DNA of 64,000 nucleotides from Chlamydiales bacterium (GTDB lineage Bacteria; Chlamydiota; Chlamydiia; Chlamydiales; JAAZZY01): NCBI GenBank assembly GCA_965206695.1, contig CBDBKM010000005.1, positions 140,414 to 204,413 of the forward strand, read 5' to 3'. Shown piece by piece: positions 55,104 to 64,000 of this stretch (position 1 is its first letter; each line of letters starts with the position of its first letter). The notes under the pieces were generated by a model. It saw only the letters and a program-made list of their open reading frames with translations, ran no database searches and was not told where the DNA came from. The position numbers and the translations under genes were made by a program.

Positions 55104-55191
55104 TTGACAGCTCCCAACCCTAAAGGGAAGGGATTCCTAATTCATCGACCACTGCTAACAAACAAGCTAGTCTAACATGATCTCCAAAGGC

Positions 55192-57232
55192 TTAAATTAC
55201 CGACTGCCCTGCGGTATCGATATTAATAGATGCATTAAGATCTCTATCGTGTGTTACTTTGCAGTTTGGACACTGCCGACTTCTCACACTTAAATCTAAA
55301 ATTTCTATTTGGTACCGGCAGGCAGAGCATAGTTTTGAACCGGCAAAAAATTGATCTAATTCCACTATATTTCTTCCGTACCATTCACACTTATACTTTA
55401 AAAATGTTAAAAACCGGCTCCATCCTGCATCCGATATATGCTTGGAAAGTTTTTTATTTTTTAACATCTTATTAATATTTAACCCTTCTATCGTGATCGT
55501 TTGGTTTTCACGAGCCAACTTTGTAGAAAGTTTATGATGAAAGTCCTGCCTTATATTTTTTATCTTCGAATGTATCGAAGCCACCGATCTTCTTTTTTTG
55601 AGTCTGTTTTTACCTTTGACTTTAGCTTTGCTAAGAGAACGTTGTTTTCTTTTTAGTCTTTTCTTATGAAATCTAAAAGGTTTAGGTGCCGTAATCTTTT
55701 TCCCTGTAGAAAGAGTTGCGAATGTCGTTAATCCTAAATCTATACCGACAGAATTATTTCTCTTCTCAAAAGGGATCACTTCTTCTTCTACTAATAGGCT
55801 CACAAAATACCTGTCACAAGAGTCTTTTGTGATTGTTATACCTGTTGGTGTACCTAAAAAACACCTTGACCAATGTATTTTTAATCTATCTTTAGATTTT
55901 GCAATCTTAAGATTAACCCCATCCCAACTAAATGCTGACTTAGTTAATCGTATTGCCTGCGTACTGTGTTTGTTTTTAAAGCGAGGGAAATTTGACCTTT
56001 TTTTAAAAAAGTTTAAAAAAGCTCTATCAAGATCTCTAAGACTTTGTTGCAGACAAACAGAAGAAACTTCGTTTAACCAAAGAAACTCTTTGTTTTGCTT
56101 AAGACTTGTCAAGAATGCCGATGTTTTAGAATAACTTACATTCTCTTTGTATTCCTGATATTTCTTGATCTTAAAATTTAAAGCTTGATTATAGTCATTT
56201 AATTTTACATTGATAAGATTGCTTGATCAATGGCGAATTTAAAATTCGTAACTTTTCGTAATATCTCTCTAACTTTATTTTTCATATTAGCCCAATATTT
56301 TTCTATAGGATTTAAGTCCGGAGAATAGGGAGGAAGAAACATAAGCTTACAACCGGCAGATTCTACTGTTTTCCTGCTTTCCGCTGACTTGTGAAAACCG
56401 GCATTGTCAAGAATAAGAACACTACCGGGTGTAAGCTGAGGAGTCAAAACTTCCTTAAGCCAAATATTGAATAACCCGGTATTACAAGTACCTTCAAAAC
56501 ACATTGGAGATAAAAACTGCCCTTTAGATAGGGCTGAAATAATATTTTGCCTTATAAAGCGGTTTCCTGAAACCGCTCCAAAAACTTTTTTGCCGCGTAA
56601 GCTTCTTCCGGACTCACGAAATAAAAATTGATGAATCCCGGTTTCATCGAGATAAATTCTCTTGTCAAAGGGAATATTTTTTAAATCTTTCATAAAAGCT
56701 TCCCGTTTCTTTTCATCTCTTTCCTTATAGCGAGTAGTTTTTTTTTTCGTGTAATTTTTAATCTTTTAAGGGCATAAAAAATCGTTTGCGGAGTGACTGA
56801 AAAATAATCAGCAATTTCCGATAAAAAATAATCCGGATGTTTTTCTACATATTTAGATAACAACTCATCATCTAATTTCTTATAAGCATATTTTCTGCGG
56901 ATTGGCTTTAAATGTCCTTTTTGCTTTTTTTGCAAGATCCATCGATATATTGTTGCGATACCTACTTGAAAAATATGGCCGGCTGTTTTTTTATCATGAT
57001 GTTTTTCTATATGTTGTCATACTTTCTCTCGAAGATCTACTGAATAGGCTCTAGGCATTGTTTTGTCCTTACTGTTTGTATAAAAAAAGAAGGATAACAT
57101 ATTATCAAATAAAAATTAAAATACTATATATACAACTCTAGAACATCCAAAGCTTTTTGTAAGCAACTCCTTTTGTTTTTTCGTTGGATAGAATCTGAAT
57201 TTACATGCTTTTTTGATCATCATGTATTGCAT
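55192..57232 (-). pseudogene. tnpB: tnpB copy 2 split by IS630-A
   Basis: Near-identical to 6318-7421; TA duplication at 56190 and 57127. Confidence 0.93.
56190..57128 (-). mobile_element. IS630-A full length, TGA allele
   Basis: TA flanks, IRs, A10. Confidence 0.96.
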
Positions 57233-57244
57233 TATATGTCCGGT

Positions 57245-57657
57245 ACATATATATTGTCTATCCGGAAAGATGGAAAACCTCTAAAACAGCAGTTTTTAAC
57301 CTTAGTTACCATGTTATTTGGTGTCCTAAATATAGGAGAAAGGTTCTTGAAGGTGATATTGTTGTTCGTTTAAAGGAATTATTAGAATTAAAAGCTCTAC
57401 AACTAAATATAGAGATTCACGAACTGAATATTATGCCTGATCACGTACATATTTTTTTAAATACCAAGCCTATATATTCGCCACAATTTTTCATAGGACA
57501 ACTTAAGGGATATACAAGCCGAATATTAAGGCAAGAATTTTCAAGCTTAAGATCCGGGTTACCCACACTGTGGACACGGTCTTATTATGTTGATAGTGTT
57601 GGAAAATTAAATGAATATACAATCAGAAAGTATATACGGAATCAAAAAAACAAATAG
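57245..57657 (+). CDS. tnpA: TnpA variant A, uninterrupted but with no canonical start codon
   Basis: YPERWKTSKTAVFNLSYHVIWCPKYRR..DHVH..KYIRNQKNK*; CCG sits where variant B has ATG. Confidence 0.65.
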
Positions 57658-58067
57658 ACACTTTCATCCCACCCTTAAAAAGGTGGTTTTCTCGTTTAAT
57701 TGTCATAAAATTCAGTTCATATTAACAAATAATATAACTAAATAAGTGAATTTATTACAATATAAAACAGTGTTTAAATAGTTTTTTTAATTTAGGGTAT
57801 TATTCTCTTTTGTTGGGAGAAAAAAACGGTTACATAAATGCACAAAGGAATTATACCAATCCCATAAAATAAATTCATAGATATTATTTGATAAATGTGT
57901 GAAAGAAAATCTTGTTTTAACTACCAAATCCTTTTTTTCTAAGCCCATCTCTCTAAAAAAACCTTATTAATCAGATTTTCCGTTATTATCTATTTTACAC
58001 AACTTTCATGAATTAAAATAGATATGCATTATAGGTATTGGCGTTATTTTAAGTGATTTTAATACAG

Positions 58068-59150
58068 CGCCCTTTCAACATCGAAGTGCAACAAACCGAT
58101 GCAAATTAAACTTGTCTGAAGATGGTAAAAAAACTTCCTATGGTAAACATAAGAAAACCAAGGAGGAAAGATGCCAAACGGCTACCGTCACTTAAAGAAA
58201 GACAAGAGATGCCAATTGTACACCTTGAATAAGAAGATGAGATCCTATCACACTAGTTTCCAATGAGTTAAAGATGGATCGATCTACTGTTTATTGCGAA
58301 CTAAAACGAAATCGCGGATATCGGTATCAACAGGTTCAAGAGAAGGCTTTAAAGAGACGAGGCTCCAAAACCCAAAGATGGGTAGTGCAGTGATTGCGTT
58401 ATCGAAGAGAAGTTAAGCCTGCAGTGGAGCCCCCGATCAAATATCAGGATGGCTGAAGAAGAAACGGTATCAAGAAGCTGTAAGTCATGAGACAATCTAT
58501 AAATATGTTTGGGAGGACAAGAAAAGAGGAGCCTGTTGTATAAACACCTTAGACATAGTGGAAAGAAATATAACAAGCGGGGTAAAAATAGAGCCGGACG
58601 AGGATGTATTCCCGGACGGATAGATATTTCTGAAAGACCTGATATCGTAGAGAAGAAAACTCGTTTAGGCGATTGGGAGCTAGATACAATCATAGGAACG
58701 GAAGGGAGCGGAGTCATTGTTTCAATGGTCAAAAGAGTCTCAAAGCTAACAAAACCGGAAAAGGTCTCGCGTAAAACTGCTGAAGAAGTAAAGGATGCGC
58801 CGGTAAATAGGTTAATACCTGTCCAAAAATTTGTTATGACATTAACTGCTGACAACGGGAAAGAATTTGCTTACCATGAACAAGTGAGTCAATCACTTGA
58901 GACAAGTTTTTACTTTGCTACCCCCTCTCATTCCCGGGAGAGAGGGCTGAATGAGCATACGAATGGACTAGTTCGACAATATCTCCCTAAAAATAAACGG
59001 TTTGATGAAGTCTCAGCAGGTAATTTAAAAAAGATCGAGAAGTTGCTTAACAATAGACCCCGAAAAATGTTAGACTTTTCAACTCCGGAGGAGGTGTTTA
59101 ACGTCTCAGTAAGGAAGCATCAAGTGTTGCACTTCGATGTTGAAAGGGCG
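58068..59150 (+). mobile_element. IS30-family element, full length, transposase frameshifted in its 5' part
   Basis: Perfect 25-bp IR CGCCCTTTCAACATCGAAGTGCAAC; GDWELDTIIG, TADNGKEF, GLNEHTNG. Confidence 0.94.
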
Positions 59151-59292
59151 TTTTGATCTAATAGTATGTTAAAATTTTATTATAATAAATATCAACACTT
59201 TACGAATCAATTAAACTAATTGAAAAAGAATAGTAAATATGATAAAATAAGTTTAAATAAAAGAAACTAATTAATTATCCGGATAATACACT

Positions 59293-60198
59293 ATGTTATT
59301 AAAGTCAGAAAACACAAAGGATGAACCGGTTAAGAAAACTAAGAATGATACTTTAAAAGACCTTAGTTCTAAGGCTCTTTTAAATATACCTAAATCCAAT
59401 AATTTTCAAATAGATCTCATGCCTCATAACTGGATTGAATTGGGAGGCTCTCAGGCTCTAATAATAGCTTTAAAGAGTAAGGGAAAAGATAATATCTCAA
59501 TGATCCGTCATCTGATTCAAGGTGAAAAAGTTCGCTCTAACTTCATTAATACTCTTAACGGGGGACAAAACGATAAGGACCAAGAAAGTTTATGGACCGG
59601 CTTAGATGAGCTAAAAGAAAACTTCAAACAAGATCTTAGTGAATTGCCCATAAATGAATTAGCAAGAATATATGTTCCCAAGGAGTTTTATAATGATTTT
59701 CAAGAGGTCTTAATTGACGCCTGGAGATTAAAAATCAAACATGAGTTTCCTCAAACTTTTTCATTAAAAGGAAGAAGGTTTTCGATGGATTCATTTAAAG
59801 CACTAATTGGTGCTTTCAGTTTAAATACCTCATTGAGAGCCCTTAATTTTGAGCATTGCGGATTAACAGAAAAACATGCCAAATACATAGCTACCGTCAT
59901 ACGAATTCAACCAACCATTACAACTATCCATCTAGATCATAATGCGATTGGAAATAAGGGAATGAGCCAAATTGCCAAGGCATTAAAAGATAATGATATT
60001 TTAGCATCGCTAAGCCTTAAAAATAATAGCATCGGAAACAAGGGAATCGCAGATCTGGCGAAAGGATTAAGGATCAATCGTACACTACGTTCAATTGACC
60101 TAAGTGAAAATATCATTGGAGAAGAAGGGCGCAAATCACTGGAAAAAGCCGAAGATGATATTAACTGTATCGTTATAATCGATCACCCTATTCTTTAA
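59293..60198 (+). CDS. RI-like (28-aa) leucine-rich-repeat protein, putative effector
   Basis: Four repeats of the type L..L.L..N.IG..G...LA..L..N..L. Confidence 0.85.
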   Translation: MLLKSENTKDEPVKKTKNDTLKDLSSKALLNIPKSNNFQIDLMPHNWIELGGSQALIIALKSKGKDNISMIRHLIQGEKVRSNFINTLNGGQNDKDQESLWTGLDELKENFKQDLSELPINELARIYVPKEFYNDFQEVLIDAWRLKIKHEFPQTFSLKGRRFSMDSFKALIGAFSLNTSLRALNFEHCGLTEKHAKYIATVIRIQPTITTIHLDHNAIGNKGMSQIAKALKDNDILASLSLKNNSIGNKGIADLAKGLRINRTLRSIDLSENIIGEEGRKSLEKAEDDINCIVIIDHPIL

Positions 60199-60513
60199 TC
60201 TTTTGGTTTAAGTGTTGTCGTTAGACTAGCTAAAAGACAACACTAGACTTGTTGCGATTGAAATTTTTAATGATTTCTAATAAGTTTGTTCAGAACAATA
60301 TGGGAGCGAGCAGATGATTAAAGTGATAAAGTTTTTATTAAGATTTATCAAGAAAGAAATTAAGGCATGAATAAGGAATCAACGAATCTCGAATATTTGC
60401 AATATAAGCTCTTAAAAATAAGTCGTTTAATGAGTAAATAAACTATTTTAATAGTTATTGACTTTTAGTTAAATATAAGTTATAATTTTAACATAAAAGC
60501 TTGAATATAAGAG

Positions 60514-61002
60514 ATGAATAAAATGATTAAAAAGAATTTCTTGTTCAATCTTCACCTTTTAGAAGAAACTTTTAATTTTGGGAAAAAATTAGTTTTAGAC
60601 TCATCTAACGGTGTTACGATAGGACTCAACGATGACATAAATATAATCATCCAAATACATTACATTGAAAAAGATGATTTTGTAAGCATATCTACTCCTA
60701 TCTGTTGGCGAATACCAAAAAACGAAAGAGATGCTTCGAAAATGTTCTCTTCCCTTTTGATTGGTTTAAAAAACCCAATGAGGGGCGTTGGAACTATCAT
60801 GGCCCATCCCATTAACTCTATGTTAGTGTTATTTCACACTCTCTCAATGACGGATGCAAAAGAAGATACTCTAGCCAAGTTCTTACCAAAGTTTATTGAA
60901 TCCGTAAAAAAATGGCACATGCTTATGGATGAATCTCTTGGTAAACGCAACCAAGCGGATAATAGTGAATATATCATAACCAAAACCGATACTTCCTTTT
61001 AA
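60514..61002 (+). CDS. CesT/class I type III secretion chaperone
   Basis: Size about 160 aa; L.LD..N..TI......I.I, G.I, L.......L..FL..F...V..W pattern. Confidence 0.7.
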   Translation: MNKMIKKNFLFNLHLLEETFNFGKKLVLDSSNGVTIGLNDDINIIIQIHYIEKDDFVSISTPICWRIPKNERDASKMFSSLLIGLKNPMRGVGTIMAHPINSMLVLFHTLSMTDAKEDTLAKFLPKFIESVKKWHMLMDESLGKRNQADNSEYIITKTDTSF

Positions 61003-61117
61003 ATATTTGACAGTTCCTAACCCTAAAGGGAAGAGAGTCCTTATTCAACGACCATGGCTAACAAATGTTAGTCTCACACGATCTCCAAAAGCTTAAATTA
61101 CCGACTGCCCTTCATTA

Positions 61118-63155
61118 TATACTCTTCGCTACTGATAAGGTACACAAAAAAGTATAAATATGATATTAGTTTTGCATGAACCGATTAACTCCAAATCAAA
61201 GAAGCACTGTTGAATTTCAGGTAAAAAAGACCCGTGATATAAATGAACGTAATCGTTTGTGTGTGCTTCTTGCACGAGATGACGGTCCGGACCTGATCAC
61301 ATTGCTTATGTTCTGCGCTTAAGCCGGTCGAGTGTTTATGAGTATTTGAGGAAATTTCAATCAGAAGGAAAAACTCGGTATGATACCAAGGGAGGGTCAG
61401 CCGGTAAATGATCCAAACGGTAAACGAAAGAACGACTGAAACATCTTTCTCAATACACTTAATAGCAGGGTTTAGGATCTATGTGTGTCTGTCTTAGAAC
61501 AAGATAAACTTTCCTATAGCACAGGAGGGATGACATCTTGGCTAAAGCATCATCATTTTGTTTTCAAAAGCCCTGTTAATGTCCCCGGTAGGCTTGACTT
61601 AGAGAAACAGGCACAATGTATTAAAGAATAGGAAGCATTAAAAGCAGGCCTTCAAAATAGTGAAGAGATCTATTTTTTTGATGCAGTACACCCTGATTAT
61701 CGATCCCAATCCGTATGTGGGTGGATCCCAAAAGGGGTTAAGAAAACGATTAAGACCACAAATAAGCACACTAGAATGCCTATTATAGTCATTTAATTTT
61801 ACATTGATAAGATTGCTTGATCAATGGCGAATTTAAAATTCGTAACTTTTCGTAATATCTCTCTAACTTTATTTTTCATATTAGCCCAATATTTTTCTAT
61901 AGGATTTAAGTCCGGAGAATAAGGAGGAAGAAACATAAGCTTACAACCGGCAGATTCTACTGTTTTCCTGCTTTCCGCTGACTTGTGAAAACCGGCATTG
62001 TCAAGAATAAGAACACTACCGGGTGTAAGCTGAGGAGTCAAAACTTCCTTAAGCCAAATATTGAATAACCCCGTATTACAAGTACCTTCAAAACACATTG
62101 GAGATAAAAACTGCCCTTTAGATAGGGCTGAAATAATATTTTGCCTTATAAAGCGGTTTCCTGAAACCGCTCCAAAAACTCTTTTGCCGCGTAAGCTTCT
62201 TCCGGACTCACGAAATAAAAATTGATGAATCCCGGTTTCATCGAGATAAATTCTCTTGTCAAAGGGAATATTTTTTAAATCTTTCATAAAAGCTTCCCGT
62301 TTCTTTTCATCTCTTTCCTTATAGCGAGTAGTTTTTTTTTTCGTGTAATTTTTAATCTTTTAAGGGCATAAAAAATCGTTTGCGGAGTGACTGAAAAATA
62401 ATCAGCAATTTCCGATAAAAAATAATCCGGATGTTTTTCTACATATTTAGATAACAACTCATCATCTAATTTCTTATAAGCATATTTTCTGCGGATTGGC
62501 TTTAAATGTCCTTTTTGCTTTTTTTGCAAGATCCATTCGATATATTATTGCGATACCTACTTGAAAAATATGGCCGGCTGTTTTTTTATCATGATGTTTT
62601 TCTATATGTTGTAATACTTTCTCTCGAAGATCTACTGAACAGGCTCTAGGCATTGTTTTGTCCTTACTGTTTGTATAAAAAAAGAAGGATAACATATTAT
62701 CAAATAAAAATTAAAATACTATATTGGAGCTTTACGACTTGAGGATATGATAATCAGGTCAAAAGAATACTCCACGATTGGAGGAAGTGAGGTCATTGAC
62801 TTCTTAAAAGGATTAGAGAAGCATTCACGGGCTTCAAAAATATATGTTATTTTAGATAACGGAAGAGCTAATAAAAACAAACTGATTCAAGAATATTTAA
62901 CGACTTCACGTATAGAGCTTCTCTATTTACCCCCATATTCTTCAAATTTAAATGCAATAGAAAGGCTTTGGAAAGTGATGAAAAAGACGGTTACTTATAA
63001 TAAATTTTACAATACATTTGCTGATTTTAAATTAGAGATAAGGGGCTTTTTTAAAGACAAAATCCCGATTTTAAAAGATACGCTTAAGACACGAATGAAT
63101 GATAAATTTCAAGTGCCGGAACTCAATCCTATTCGGCTTCCAATGTGAATGAGTA
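61118..63155 (+). mobile_element. IS630-family type C, degenerate, interrupted by IS630-A
   Basis: Ends TATACTC.../...GAGTA; YFFDAVHP, ILDNGRAN, LPPYSSNLNAIERLW; multiple stops. Confidence 0.85.
61784..62723 (-). mobile_element. IS630-A full length, frameshifted orfA
   Basis: TA flanks; extra base at about 62537. Confidence 0.96.
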
Positions 63156-63525
63156 CATATGTTTATCAAAACTCAGCCTATTCACTCTCCACAGTTTGCA
63201 ATGGGTCAACTTAAAGGATACACTAGTCGGCCGGTTAAGACAAAAATTCTCAAGTTTAAAATCTCGATTGCCTACATTATGGATAAGATCGTATGATGTT
63301 GATAGTATGGGAAAACTAAATGAATATACAATTAGGCAGTATATCCAAAATCAAAAAAACAAATAAACGCTTGCATTCCAAGGTTAAAGCAAAAGGTTTT
63401 CTCGCTTAATTGTCATAATTCTTGGCTTTATTCGTATTTTAAGAATGAAATAGTCCTTAATCCTTTAAATAAAATTTAATTTTGTTTTATAGAAATAAGG
63501 TTGACTATCTAAAAAATGTAGATCA

Positions 63526-64000
63526 ATGAATACGGCTACCGATCTTTTAAATTCTGTGGGGGCTTACACTACACTAATCGCTCGAGTCTTTTGCCTTACC
63601 TTTAAACGTCCTCCTGTTTGGTTCTTGATAAGAGAACAGATGTACAATATTGGCGTTTTATCATTAGCTGTTGTCGCTTTTACAGGATTTTCTACCGGTC
63701 TGGTTTTAGCTACACAATCGATTTTTCAACTCGCCGATAAAGGGATGACCGCCATTACCGGTGTTATGGTAGCCAAAGCAATGGTTACTGAGTTAGGGCC
63801 GGTATTAACTGCTTTTATGGTAACAGGAAGAATTGGTGCTGCTATGTGTGCCGAACTTGGCACGATGAAAGTAACAGAACAATTAGATGCTTTAAAATCC
63901 ATGGCAGTTAACCCATTGCAATATCTTGTAGCTCCCCGCTTTATAGCCGGAACGTGCATGGTTCCCCTATTAACAATCTTTAGCGTTATCATGGGAATTT
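63526..64000 (+). CDS. mlaE: MlaE-family ABC transporter permease (partial; runs off the window)
   Basis: IGVLSL.VV.FTG..TG.VLA.Q, ELGPVLTAFMVTGRIGAAMCAELGTMKVTEQLDAL..MAVNP..YLVAPRF. Confidence 0.95.
   Translation, partial: MNTATDLLNSVGAYTTLIARVFCLTFKRPPVWFLIREQMYNIGVLSLAVVAFTGFSTGLVLATQSIFQLADKGMTAITGVMVAKAMVTELGPVLTAFMVTGRIGAAMCAELGTMKVTEQLDALKSMAVNPLQYLVAPRFIAGTCMVPLLTIFSVIMGI

Larger units (their letters stand above)
55104..57704 (-). mobile_element. IS605 copy 2 (tnpB interrupted by IS630-A; tnpA about 57245-57657)
   Basis: RE TCAA at 55104; LE GACAATTAAACGAG at 57704, preceded by TTAT. Confidence 0.93.
61007..63414 (-). mobile_element. IS605 variant B skeleton: RE/omegaRNA (61007-61110), then IS630-C, then tnpA 3' fragment and LE
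   Basis: RE TCAA at 61007; tnpB tail (Y)NEGQSVI*; tnpA fragment 63154-63366; LE at 63414, preceded by TTAT. Confidence 0.8.

Noticed and set aside
60210-60245. Hairpin after the LRR gene containing GTTAGACTAGCT, also found in the omegaRNA
   Set aside because: A 12-nt match is expected by chance at this scale; more likely a plain terminator-like stem.
63726-63992. Minus-strand 88-aa ORF
   Set aside because: Antisense to mlaE, which runs off the window and so is missing from the ORF track.
1-64000. tRNA, rRNA, prophage or classical defence-system genes
   Set aside because: No cloverleaf, rRNA-like, phage structural or recognisable defence motifs were seen by eye; tRNAscan/Infernal/DefenseFinder were not run.

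Overview
AT-rich 64-kb window, most likely from an environmental Chlamydiota endosymbiont. This is inferred from the chlamydia-type MlaE and HemL sequences, a CesT-type T3SS chaperone, a Bd0055-type histone and many eukaryote-like effector genes; it was not checked against a database. Roughly 40-45% of the window (hand estimate) is insertion sequences: 14 copies or fragments of one IS630 element, two other IS630 types, IS200/IS605 (tnpA/tnpB plus five right-end/omegaRNA loci), IS1634, IS30, IS4, IS5, ISL3, ISAs1 and IS701, often nested. Housekeeping islands are hemH, an MFS transporter, aroG, a dienelactone hydrolase, hemL-yggS, tamA-tamB and mlaE. The standout is a pair of 546-aa PPR-Smr proteins in a 3.2-kb inverted duplication. 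Their flanks are almost identical, but their eight near-identical 105-bp PPR repeats differ systematically at the two RNA-specificity positions, as TALE RVDs do. Reading the PPR code predicts (G)UAAGYAU and AGUGAGA, and both resemble the eukaryotic 5' splice-site core GURAG. Other highlights are a bacterial histone, a 706-aa SET-domain effector, an MppJ/MrsA-like keto-acid C-methyltransferase, a catalytically intact TnpB with an inferable TTAT TAM, a protein-free PATE carrying an omegaRNA-like scaffold, and several uncharacterised repeat or effector proteins. All family calls come from motif recognition by eye.
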